Assembly (NCBI GenBank): GCA_051294375.1
Contig: JBJCIZ010000408.1
Location: 28,559-92,558 of the forward strand
Direction: 5' to 3'
Source of the DNA: Paraspadella gotoi
Taxonomy: Eukaryota > Animalia > Chaetognatha
Length of the DNA: 64,000 nt
Under the pieces are notes generated by a model. It had not been told where the DNA came from. It worked only from the letters and a program-made list of their open reading frames with translations, and did no database searches. Of the stretch, positions 26,370 to 38,400 are shown piece after piece. How positions within the stretch are numbered: position 1 is the first letter of the stretch; every line of letters begins with the position of its first letter. A program made the translations under genes and the position numbers.

Positions 26370-26743
26370 GCTTGTTCAACTTGCATTAATTTAATCAACT
26401 TGCCATAATTAGTTCAACTGACACTAATTTGGTCCTAGAGAGTACTGACCATTATTTGGTCAAACTGACACTTAATCTTGAGGCTCAACTGACATAATTG
26501 GTCGAACTGACCGCCATAATTTGTCAACTGGACATAATTTGGTCAACTGAGCAATGAATCCTTGGATAAAGTTATTAGTATAATTTGGTCTTAACCGGCT
26601 ATAATTTGGCCAAACGGTCGGCATAATTTATCAACTTGCCTAATTTGTGGTCAACTAGCATAATTTGCGTCAACTGGCATTAATTGGTCAACTGGCATGA
26701 TTTGTGGTCAAACAGGCACTAATTTGGCAACCAGCATAATTTG
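26370..26743. repeat. Degenerate ~18-bp satellite (CATAATTTGGTCAACTG), related to the reverse strand of the TGCAAGTTGAAAAAATTA repeat
   Basis: Repeated CAACT.GCATAATTT motifs; noisy sequence ending at an N-gap. Confidence 0.7.
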
Positions 26744-27473
26744 NNNNNNNNNNNNNNNNNNNNNNNNNAAACGCTTAGAATTCGATTGTTAGCTTCTCTT
26801 TTACTTTTTTCTTTAAATAAAAATTTTACCAAAATGGACTAATTCACTTTACCATGGTTGTATCATATTAAAATAACTAAATAAAATGTAGAGTCAGATT
26901 CTGGAAAAATCTTCTATGGCGAAAATCTTCCAAAGAAAGGGTGAATTTTCCAAAGATTTTGATTAATATTTTTTATATTTATGATCGGATTTTTTTAAAA
27001 CTTAACAATAGCAATATTGCTATCATTCTACATTGACCAGTAAAAGAATATATTAAAAAAACCTCTGACTTTTTTCGTCAGAGCTTAGTCCTAATCTATT
27101 TTTTACCAGAATTTTTCTCAGGTGCGTTTATATTGTTTGGTAGTCAGATATGAACAAAACTCTCCATTGAAAAAATCTTTCTCAATCTCTAAGAACGACG
27201 TCAGCTCCTTGTCTAATGCTCATTTTACTGAAATAAGAATAAGTAATAAGAAATAAGAATTGGTAAATTTTGTTAAATAAGAAATAAGAAATGGTAAATT
27301 TTGGCCCAGCTTAATACTGAAATATTTGTCGCATTTAGATTTTTTTTTTTACAATTCTAATAGAACAGTTTTAACGATATACTATATCCTTTCATAGTTG
27401 TTTGAATAGTTTGTAATGATTGAAAGAATTATAAAAAGCTCACAGGTCATTTTTTACTTGAAATTATTTACAG

Positions 27474-27757
27474 GAATTCCTTCGGTGTTGACTGGACATC
27501 ATTTCACTTCCTCTCCGCATGAAATCTCCTCTGCTTCCAACATCTCCTCTTCCTTCATTCACCGTCCGATGGCGTCTTACCAGACAATGAAACCTGACAA
27601 CATCGAGCGTTACGCCTCAGCAATGGCTGCGGCTGCGGCTGCGGCTGCGACTGCGAAAAACACAAACCTATTTCTTCTACAGCAAACCTCTGTATCGTCG
27701 CCCTCGCCAAAAATGCAGCATCCAAACATTGACAACTCAACGTCGCATATTATGTGA
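27474..27757 (+). CDS. Orphan terminal exon, Ser-rich with a poly-Ala run (unknown protein)
   Basis: Acceptor TTTACAG at 27473; GIPSVLTGHH...YASAMAAAAAAAATAKN...HIM*; no upstream exon identified. Confidence 0.45.
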
Positions 27758-28344
27758 AGAAAAAACTTTTGTTTTAACTTGATTTAAGATTAGCAGCACA
27801 TTCATCTAGGTAAAACAAATTTTTTGATTCATACTTGCTGCGAGATTGAAGAATTAATTATCCATTCGTTTCCTCACAATAATAACAATTACAAAATTAA
27901 TACAGAATCAGAAACTTTTTTTTGGTATATAATAGATACAATTAAATTTATAGCTTAATTTCAGCTAATTTAAACGCAAATTGGAGATGCCCAGTCGGCC
28001 AAAGATTTTTCTATTGGGCCAAAGAATAGTCTGCACCTAGGGTAGGGGCTGTCCATCATAGGGGGAACAGTTTTTTCATCATTGAAACATGAAATATACC
28101 TACAGATCTGGTAGAAAAAAACTTTGAACCCCCTGCTATCGTGGTTGTCTGTCTTTCTATTAATTAAAACTTGGGTTCATTTGAAAGCCATCTTTAATTT
28201 GAGCTCATGACAAAGTTTTGAGGTTAAATATCCGTTTAATAAAATGATCTTAACTTTCATAAAACTTCAAAATAAAAAATCTTAAAAGTATAATGATCTC
28301 GGATATTATGTAATGTAATGATGTGTGATGATAACAGGGATTAG

Positions 28345-30174
28345 AACAGGATTGAGTGATCCATATCCAGGGGGAGATCCAAATGGTCTCACACCCGAGA
28401 TCCTCCTTCCATCTTTGCGACAGAAAACTAAGGTGGCTTTTTTATATCTTCATGCGTCTGACGGAATACACCGATCAAATGATCAACATCTTAAAGAAAT
28501 CTCAAGCGACGATTGGTTCAAGGAGATGTCTCTGGAATCCGTCGTGGAACTTATGCCGACCGCTCTGGAGTCGGTCTCTTCCACCATCAGCTCCGTCGAA
28601 TCCACCACCATTTTCCGCGATGATGAACATGGGCGACTCCTCCAAGCCTTTGAAGGAATTCGTCCTCGAAGACGCCTTTCCGAGATGGAACAGGCTCACG
28701 GCCGAGCAGGTCTGCGTCTTTGACCACGAGCTCCGAGAATGAATAAAGGTCTCTTTCGAGCGGGAGGCATTGACGTGGACCTTTTGAAGGAACCCTTGAA
28801 GTTGTCGAAAAAAGATCGTTTGTTGAAGATCGCGGACAAACCCTTCGCCAAAGGCGCCAACAGACTCGCCTATTACGGCCTAGATGTCACGCCTTCGACG
28901 GAAACGAACCCGTCGAAGACTCCAGCAAAAGTTTGTGTCCTAAAAGAGTTTCTCTCACCTCGGTGGGAGGATCAACTCTAAAAGAAAACTATGTCGACCA
29001 GATCGAAGTGCAGGCGATCGGGATGCACCTCGCAATGCAATTTAACAAGGTTAGTTTTTCAAACTTTTTTTAAGTAAAAACAAACAAAAAAAAAACTTAA
29101 CTTGTTTTTAGTTTTTATTCTTTTTTTGAAAATACAAATTTTTTTTTTCCATTTAAGTATTAAATATATTTATTATTTTATTAGGACGTTAACAATGATC
29201 ACAAAAACACATCAAAAAAACATTAACGTTATAAGAGATCCCCTTTTCGTGTTCAATTATTCCATTTCCTACTGGTGGTTATGACTTATTAGGTGGAAAC
29301 CCACAGGCTACAAAGACGTCAAGTTTCTAAAGGAATCTCTTGTGAGTTTTCACAAACGAGAAAAAGCCATCTTATTTCACAAAGAAGCTATGATCGAGGG
29401 GGAATACACTAAGTATAACAACACTGGGGCTACGTAAATGAGAAGGAGTATCACTCTCTTCATCCACGCGTTTAGTCACTGGAGTTATGACGTTACTGGT
29501 GGATTCATGCAGGTCAAAAATGTTATTCAATTCTAAAAGTAATAGAAAGAGTTTTGAATTTTATTTCGACAAAGATTTTATTTCATATTAAAACGTACAT
29601 GTTAAACGCTGATGAAGACTCGCACTAACAGTCGAAACATGTACGTTTCCACTATGAAATAAAATCGTTGGCGAAATAAAGTTTCAAACTCTTTCTATTA
29701 ATTACCAACACAACGAAAGAAAGTTATTGACACATTTCTAAAAGTATTAATTCTAACTCAATAGTTTTAAATACTTTTTTTAAGACGGCAATGATCATAT
29801 TATTATATAATAATTATACAAATAGTTTCCAGTTCTTAATTAAATTTCTAAAGGTGGTCGATCTTTCAAGGGGTCAAATCTGGGTGACGTGTTCCGTCTC
29901 ACGGATCCCGTCATTCACTGCACTGACGTCACGCGGTTCACGAAAACTAATCTTGGACGTCAGGATGGATCGCTTCTTTCAAGACTCTATGCCTGCAATG
30001 ATGTTTGCCGACAGGTCAGTTATCTGTCGTTATCGGCAAATGAATGTTGAATAGTTTTTTTACATTGATGAAAATACTTTATTTAAGAGTTAAAATGTCT
30101 TTCATCAGATGAAACTGAAGAGACACAGGAAGCAAAGACGCTGCCAAAACTGCGCCGGAAGAATGCGTCACTGA
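28345..30174 (+). CDS. Alpha-kinase (eEF2K/MHCK family) paralogue 1, 5'-truncated within the vWA domain
   Basis: Exons ~28345-29049, 29293-29512, 29854-30014 and 30109-~30174 with GT-AG introns. Motifs PFAKGANRLAYYG, VLKEF, YTKYNN, AFSHWSY, VVDLQGV, LTDPVIH, NLG and H.CNDVC after indel correction. Confidence 0.88.
29542..29735 (+). mobile_element. Penelope-like pLTR fragment with inverted partial copy
   Basis: 11-bp TSD TTCTAAAAGTA at 29531-29541 and 29736-29746; arms 29540-29603 and 29636-29700 are inverted copies; hammerhead core followed by two AATAAA. Confidence 0.7.
29604..29650 (+). ncRNA. Minimal hammerhead ribozyme core (stem I apparently disrupted)
   Basis: CTGATGA-A-GACT-CGCACTAAC-AGTC-GAAAC-ATGTAC-GTT: conserved CUGAUGA and GAAA boxes, stem II GACU/AGUC, short stem III. 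Confidence 0.6.
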
Positions 30175-30651
30175 GTGCAAAAAAGCCGGGAGCCACTAAT
30201 TTTTCGTGGCTTTACTGCTCTTTGAATGTTGAGTTTAATTTTCTTAATTTTCTTAATTTGCTTGTCCTTGTCTCTTTTGTCGTATTCTCAAAATTCCTTT
30301 AAACAAGGAAATATAATAGTTGGAAAATAAAGTTCTTTTCAGTATAATTGTAACGAAAAAACAAATATGTAATTGAAAAGCTGCTGTCATAATTTCTTTC
30401 AAGAAGAACATGAAAACAAGTTTTAATGAATATGAAATTCCCCTTACTTTTTAACTGGCTATCCTATACAAAAATAAATTTAGTTTTACAAGGCGCTGAC
30501 TCAACAATCGAACTTGAATCGAAACTCGTCTTAAACTAAAACATAAAGTTCATTTACTTTTTCGTGCCTTTTTTTTTTTACGGTTGACAGTTTTACAGAA
30601 AGTTAGCCCGACGCAGCAGAGCGTTCTCCGCTGGCCTCTGATCAATTTAGA

Positions 30652-30762
<111 letters not shown>

Positions 30763-30986
30763 TCTTCCAGCGAGTAAAACTAAAAGTGGAAATGCTTGTC
30801 GCATAATTTGTCGAGGTTGAATAATACTGGCTGATTGTTTTACGTCGTTTTAAAATCAAATCTAGTCTTTTAGGAATTTTTAAATTGGGGAAAACAAATT
30901 TACCGGAGCCTGACTATAAGTTTATTAATTTTTATATTACTTAATTGAAGAACAACTTTAAAAACAGCAAAACTTGGAAAAAATTT

Positions 30987-33952
30987 ATGGATCATCGGTC
31001 CAGCTGCACTAATGAAGATGGTGATGTCGACGAGGATAAGGACCAAGTTATCAAGCAACTACAAGCACAGGTGGAGGAGTTGCAAAACTAAGATGAAAAT
31101 TAAATTGAAGAACAAAGCACACACATTGACAAAAGGTAAAAAAATCCTTTCTTACGTTCACTTATGAATTTGAAAAATGTTACTTTTAAAAAAATTCAAA
31201 CATTTTGAAATGTGAAGTCTGATCGCTAGTGTTCCTGAACAATTATCATTTACGCATGCTTAACCTTGGAGGCGACTTTTCCCTTATCCAACATTATTAG
31301 TATCATTTTCAAAAATCGTCTTTTTAAAATTTTAAAATTTTAACTTTTAAAATTTTAAGTTAAGACTTTTAAAATTTAACTAACTTGTTTTCCACTCAAA
31401 TGATAAATTTCGTTTCCTCCTCTTGTTAGTACATATTTTGACATTTTTAACCATTACTTTCTCACTCAGAGCAAAGAACGACGAACCACCACCTCCTTAC
31501 AGTGAACTCGGAGCAGTTGGTGGATCGGATTTTTCTTATAGCAGGAACTCCCAACAAAGTTTGCCTATCCGAATTACAATCGCTACCCGCCCCCTCGATT
31601 TCCGCCTTATCATCCAACGGCTTTGTTTCCAATGTATCCGCCGTATTTAGAGCATCTACTGCGATATCATGATATGACCCACGATGCCGATCGCCACAGC
31701 AGAACAGAGAGAGAAGAAACTGAAAGTTCGATTATATCGAGTAAAGATGCAAAAGTATCCCGTCAAAATGTGAATCATAATGAGGTCGACATATCCGAGG
31801 AAGAAGACTCCATCTCTGACAGCGCAAATCGTCAAGAGGAGAAGGTACGAGCGGCGAGAGAAAAGCTCGAAAAGATGAAGAAGAAGCAGAAAGAAGTGGA
31901 ACTGGAAAGATTGAGGGAGCAGATCGATTGCTGGAGGAAGAGAGCCTCCAATCATCATCGCTGACTTCCGTCTTTGATGTTAGATCTCGATCGAGAAAGA
32001 CTCAAGGCGGAAAATTCAAAAACGACAGGCGGAAATTTCTCTAGTTTTGGAGGAAAATGAAAAAGGCGACTATCGTTGACATTTGCTTTTTGCTCGATTG
32101 TACCAAAGAGCATGAGTCCGTACATTGTCGAAGTCAAATCGAAGATCCAGTGGCTCGTCGACGAAATTGTCAAGAGACACGATGTACACACTATCAAACT
32201 GGCTTTCGTGGGTTATCGCGATTTGTGCGACGGAGACAATAACCTTTTCGGTTCTTTATTTACAAAGTCGGTTCAAGCATTTCTGGAATTTCCTTGGCCA
32301 AAATACATGCAGGTGGCGGATGCAGTCACACCGCAGATGTGATGGGAGGATTGGCTCAAGTCTCTCGCCTAAAGTGGACCGCTCCCGCGAGCCGGATTTT
32401 TAATTCATATTGAGACGCGCCTGGTCATGGAACTATGTTTTCACGTTCGACAGAAATTAAAAGATCCATTTCCTCGAGGGGATCCTAAGGGTCCGCAAGC
32501 CAGAGTCTCCTCCTTCCGATTTTACAAAATCAGACTCTGATCAGCTTTTACATTTTCATGCGTTTGAGAAGACTTAACAGATCGTATGATCAACAGGTTC
32601 AAAGAAATTACCGGTTGATGACTGGCTGAAGCAGATTGAATCCACTAGAAACTATATTGGATTTGATGCCGAATGCGTTGCAATCAATCTCGGCTACCAT
32701 CAACTCGATCGAACGCAAGACGGTATCTTGGATTACGACTCAACTCTGACAAATCCGTCCTTTCTGAGAAGCAGTTTTTGCTCGATGAGAACCTTCCTCA
32801 TTGGAACGATTTGGAAGCCGAAGAAGTTTACATCTTTGAGCACAAATTGCCCCGGATGGAACCGAAACTGTTCGCGCGGGGAGGCATCGATGTTGATCTT
32901 TGAGGAAACCGTTGGAGTTGACGAAAAAGGATCGACTGGTTAAAATTACGCGGAATCCTTTCGCCAAGGGCGGAACGAGACTCGCGTATTTTGGTCGTGA
33001 CGTCACGCCATTTCCTGGGAAGCCTTCAGAGACTTCCAGCGATGTTTGCGTTCTCAAAGAGTTTCTTCTCGCCGGTGGAGGAATCAATTTCTAAAGAAAA
33101 TTATGTGGAACAGATCGAAGTACAAGCGATTGGCATGCATCTGGCATTACAGTTCAACAAGGTGGGAATTCTGATGCTTTTAGCTTTAAAATAAAATATA
33201 TATTTTTAAATTAAGAAAAAATTATTGTGGAAAACATATGAAACCAGATCCTAAACATATCCTTATTTCTAAATAAATTAAGTAATTTCAATACGAAAAA
33301 TTAACATTTCAGGCGAAAACCCAAGGGAACTAAAGAAATAAAATTTTTGAAAGAGTCCTTGGTCAGCTTTCACAAACGCGGAAAGCCTTCTTACTACACA
33401 AAAGAACCAAAAATTGATGGAGAATACACAAATTCAGCAACAATTGGGGCTACGTGAATGAAAAGGAATATTATTCACTGCTACAAACCTTTAGTCACTG
33501 GAGTTACGATATCACTTGGCGGATTCTGCAAGTAACTTGTAACACGCCGTAAAAGTAAAATTAGGCACAAGGTTCACTTTGTAGTATCAAAGTTTATAAA
33601 GCGAGTCGAAGGATAGAAAGATCGAGAGAGCGAGAACGTATTAATTTGTTCTTTTTTTCGCCAGGTCGTCGATCTTCAAGGCGTCAATCCGGTGAGGTTT
33701 TCGTCTAACTGATCCAGTGATACACTGTCTTGACGTCACGCGGTTCACAAAAAACTAACCTCGGTGTGGTCGGGATGGAACGTTTCTTCAGGACTCACAC
33801 TTGCAACGACATCTGCCGTCAGGTTTCACATAGATATACTATTTATTTCTGTGATCTAGATACAGCTCATGTTAATTTTTTTATTATTTTTTTTCTTAAT
33901 TTAGATGAGATTGCTACCTCGCTTGGCTCCGAAACAAAGCATTGCACAATAA
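30987..33952 (+). CDS. Coiled-coil + vWA + alpha-kinase protein (VwkA-like architecture), paralogue 2
   Basis: Exons 30987-31135, 31470-33161, 33313-33531, 33665-33822 and 33905-33952. vWA motifs: DICFLLDCTKSMSPYI, LAFVGYRD, DAPGHG. Kinase motifs: PFAKGGTRLAYFG, VLKEF, NNWGYV, TFSHWSY, VVDLQGV, TDPVIH, NLG, HTCNDIC. Intron positions match paralogue 1; many single-base frameshifts are probably sequencing errors. Confidence 0.9.
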
Positions 33953-34510
33953 TTACACTTTCCTTTGGTTGAAAGAAATGTATTATTTTTCTCTAAAGTT
34001 TCATGTTTCGGTAAACCAAGGTTTGGGAAAACATGAATCGTACTCATTTCTTTTTTTTTCAAAGAAGAAAATTGATTATATTACTCCGATGTGAGACATA
34101 ATTAATTTTATAATAATTCAAAGAATTTAAAAGTGTCATCACGTTCGTCATTATATTTTTTTTATCAAAAGCATAGGGGCTCATAGTCACAGCATTTAGA
34201 AAAAGGAAAAGCAGGTTAGTTAGTTAGTTAGTTAGCCAACATTGGGGCCTGGAAGTAAGTAAAACAAAAAATATTTTCAAAGCAAAGAGCAATTAGCTAT
34301 TTTATTCATTTAATGCTACGCCTTTTTTATTCGCCAAATTTAATTTCTAAATTTATTATTAGTATAAGATTATTCATATTCCAAATATTTCTTTGGTTGT
34401 GTCCCCAAAAAGGTTTCATCCACAGAATCGCCTTTTTTAATGAGTATTTTACCAGGTATCCATGCACAAACAATACATCTACTTTATTGCCAAATATATG
34501 TATTTCCTCA

Positions 34511-37500
34511 TTATTTTTTCTTTCCGATTCCATCGAACTCTGCCAACGACGCCGCCAGACCGGCGTCCCTCAAGACGGCGTCGAGTCGCTCCACTTCAGC
34601 TGCCGAAAAATTCCGCGCGGTGGCGCCGCAGACGTCGCTGAGAGAAGGGGCTCTTCCTTTGAGAATCGAGATATCGCGATGATGTCGTCGTTCGTCGTCT
34701 TCGTCGTCGTCCTCTTTTTGATCCGCAAAAAGGAAGGATCGTCTCATCCCAAATATTCGGATCCTGCATGAGATTCCTCGTAGAGAATCGGCAGTACCTT
34801 CTCTCTGCGGACGGGATCTTCGAGGATTCTCCGCGCCACCAAACACGGGCGTCAGCCAGTAGCCGACGAAGTGAGAGAGGAGAGAGGTAGAGCCAACTTC
34901 GATCATCCGCTTTTCGTCGTCTTTGTCGTCGTCGTCGTCGTCCTGTTTTTTCGTCGAGGGTGAAGAGCCGCTTGTCATTGGAGTAATCAAATTTTCCATC
35001 CAACTCCAGCGACTGGGTCCACTCGTCTCGATTGGAGTTTATCTCTTTACTTTCCTTCTTATTTCTCTCGTTCGGTCTCAATATTTTTCTCCTTTTTCTG
35101 AGCTTCGCCCTCAAGTTCCTCACTCCTCTCATCTCCCTCCCTTCCCTCTTCTCCTCCTCTTTCTCTAAATCAATTTCTTTTTCTCTATCTCCTCCCTCTC
35201 TTCCTCCCTCCCTTTTTCTCGTCTTCGTCTCCATCGACTTCGACATTTTCTCCTCTTCCTCCCTCTCCTACCTTCTCCTCTTCCTCCCCCTCCTTTTCCT
35301 CTTCCTCCCTCCCTTTTTCCTCTTCCTCCCCTTTCTCTTCTTCCTCCATTTCCCCACGACTTCTTCAAAGCCTCGAGGAATACATTCGGCCACGTGGCTC
35401 CGTTAGCGCCGACCATGAAATCGGGCCATCGCCGACGCAGCACCGGCAGCCGGCCGAGCAAGCCCTCCGCGTCGGCGGCGAAACCGGTGACGAGTCTTAG
35501 CCAGGACCTCAGCGCCGGCAAGGGTCGCCGGTGCATGAAGATGAAGCGAAACGTCGAATGGCATTAAAGGGGCGACGTCGATGAGGTCCTGTGGACGAAA
35601 GATGGAGTTGTGGTTATGGTTGTGGTGGTGGTGACATAGAAAATTCGTCCTTTTTATAGAAATGACACAATATATCGAAACTTTTTACAAATTCATAGAT
35701 AAAAGAGCCAGATACTTTGATTATTATTGATTAAAAGATTTCAGGCTTTTTATTCTTGTACGAAGTCTAGCCTACCATAACTTTTCGAAAGTCAGTAAGA
35801 TTCGTAGCTTATTTATTGAATTAATTGTCATTTTATAATGATTTTTCAAATTGATTAATGTACATATGTCTCGACAGTTTATAATTCCAATAATTCTGTT
35901 TCATACGTCCAGTGTCAGCTGTATAAATTGCTGATTACAGTTTGTACATCGGCCTTATCAGTAGTATTTAGTGACATATGCTTGGACATTTGTAAAATTT
36001 CAAATTAAATTAAACAATTTATCATATTGTCTAATGTCTATGCAACGACATGCACCTTAAGCATCCAAGGAACGAAGGCAGGGATTTTAACGACAATGAC
36101 GTTGATCCCCGGAGTCGCGTAGAGAGGCCGGCAAGACGGCGAAGAGGATGTGACGCAACAGGGGAACATTCTCCACCGCCGACGCCGCGTTGGCAGTGTC
36201 GGCGACGGCATTCGCCTTAATCAGCGCCCAGTTGGCGAGCGGCTGCGGTTCGTTGATGACGACGGCGTCGGGGACTCCTCAAAGAGACGCGAAAGAAAGG
36301 ATCCACCGCATCGCGGGTGGGATGCCACGATTATGGCCTCGCTTCTCGCGGCGATGGGCGTGGGTAAGGTCGAACGCTGACGCCGCTTCCTTGTCCTCTA
36401 TCGCCTCTTTCGCCTCTGCCTCCGCTTTCGCCTCCGCTTCCAACTCCTTCGCTTCTGCCTGCTTTCGCCTCCGCCCTCATCCTTCTCATTTTCTCCTCCA
36501 CAATTTTTCAAATTCCTTCGAGGAGACGAACGATGAATCCTGAGCGAATTGGGGAACTCCTAGAAAAGGCGAACCCCGCCACAGAGGAAGCGTACACGTT
36601 GACGTCTGAAGATGGAGTGGGGGTTGGCGAAAAATGGGCATCAGTTGATATGGTAAGGTTATTTTAAGAATATATGTAATAATACATATTACATACATAA
36701 TACACAACATTTTTAATTCATCATTCATACTGAAGAGACAGTAATTATTGATATGTGTTAAATGACAGAACCGTTCAATATAAGCAGTCCCTGAGCTTCG
36801 GATCAGGCTGTAACACCATGTTACAGGCGGGTTAAGCGCCCCGTCCCTCTTAACTGCCAGACGACCACCGGGCTAGAACCACGGACCTTTGGGTTGGGAA
36901 GGCGAATGGCTTGCCTCCGGCACCAATGGCCGCTGATGAACGGTTGGTGGATTTTAGTCCACCATTAATACATAATATATAATATTTAAATAACATACAT
37001 ACATAAATAAAACGAGCATACATAAAATTTACGTAATATAAGTAAAGAAAGACAATTCTCCAAACATGTAATATACGTCATATAATTTTGGGATCAAATA
37101 ACGTATACGTCGTATACGTACTTTATGATTTGTTTGGGAGTTTCTGAGTAATATACTTATATCGTTACATTCGATATGGCTCAGTGGGTGGGTCACAAAA
37201 TTGATGTCAGTTTTAAAATGGGTTCGAGCAAAAGTAATTGGCTGAACCGGCGAAAAATAAAGTGATGAGATTATCTTAGGAATTTTAGCTCTAGAAATTT
37301 CGGCGACCCGAGAGTTAGTTTGGTTTGGTTGATACTTTTATTCATTTTATAAAACTGAATGTAAAATAAAAAAATATATTAAATAATGTTCTGGAAATCT
37401 GACTCACAATCATAAATATATATAAATACATCCATTAGGAAAACTACTACTGACCCTTTTTGTCCGCACAAATTCCAATCCAGCCGGTGACACGTGATGC

Positions 37501-37789
37501 AAATGAGCGCACGGGTCCTCCATCGCGTACATAAATATGTTGGCACGCCCACCGCCCACGTAGCAACTCGACTGCATCGTGTGCAAAGCCTTCGCGCGCA
37601 ACGTGCGCAACCACACCACGCGACGAACTTGGACGCTTTGGTCGGCATTGTTGTTGTCGTCGTTGTTGTTCCTTGGATGACTTTCCCGAAGTCCGCGACG
37701 AATCGGACGAAGCGCAGAAATTGACGAAGCGGAAGGTAAAACGCGAGGTGAACCAACAAAAGAACAGCGGCCTCCCACGACGGAGACAT
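34511..37789 (-). CDS. Sulfotransferase-fold (PAPS-binding P-loop) protein
   Basis: Exons ~37789-37455, 36605-36056 and 35588-34511. Motifs IIVASHPRCGGSFLSRLF (5'-PSB-like), AVVINEPQPL, FIFMHRRPLPALRSW (3'-PB-like) and VLPILYE.LMQDP..WMRRSFLF; hydrophobic N-terminus; frameshifts corrected by eye. Confidence 0.75.
36770..36933 (-). mobile_element. tRNA-derived SINE in intron 1 of the sulfotransferase-like gene
   Basis: 36933-36861 has a 7-bp acceptor-like stem GCGGCCA/TGGTCGT, A-box TGGTGCCGGAGG, B-box GGTTCTAGCCC and a Gly-like loop CTTCCCA, but a broken anticodon stem. A GC-rich body follows; 3' end approximate. Confidence 0.6.
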
Positions 37790-38049
37790 TTTCGCGGAAA
37801 ATCGCCGGGATTTTCGTTTCCAGTTTCGCCGGTTAAAAAGAAAAAAACAAACTTGGAAAAAACAATTGGAGCGAAACGGGAGAAAGTAGTTCGTTTGATG
37901 CGCGGACAGGAGAATCAACCGTTCTTGACGAATTATCGTTTATTAGCGAATGAATTATTGGTCGTGGCTGTAGTAAAAGTTAATTTTAACTTTCTAATAT
38001 AAGCCCTCTTGGCCTTTTTGTCCAGAGCGCCACATTTCTTCTTAAAGAT

Positions 38050-38220
38050 ACGGTTAAAAGTTAGGGTTAGGGATTCGTTTAAGGATAAGGGTTAGGGATT
38101 TGGTTAGCGATTTGGTTAGGGATTAGGGTAAGGGATATAGTTTTAAGATTAGGGTTAGGTTAAAAAGATTAGCGGTAGGGTTAGGGTAAAGGAGTATGTT
38201 AGAGTAAGAGATTAGGATAG
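38050..38220 (+). repeat. Degenerate TTAGGG-like hexamer array
   Basis: Multiple GTTAGG/TTAGGG units interspersed with variants. Confidence 0.75.
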
Positions 38221-38400
38221 ATAGTTGTTGACAGATTAAATAATAAGTTTAAAAATAAATTCCGGGAGTAAGAAACTAAAATCGGGGACAATATGTGTAT
38301 GTAAGAGTCTAATCGGCATATCTCGGCAGATTCGTGTACCATTATACTTTTTCTCTATTCATTACTTAAAATAGATCATAAAGCCTAATTATTAGTTTAA

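Noticed and set aside
34313-35406. Plus-strand ORFs of 152 and 124 aa with hydrophobic F/L/S runs
   Set aside because: Antisense to the sulfotransferase-like exon and its purine-rich insert
36861-36933. Functional tRNA-Gly gene
   Set aside because: The anticodon stem does not pair and the T-loop is non-canonical; better explained as a SINE head
38050-38220. True telomere
   Set aside because: Internal, short and highly degenerate
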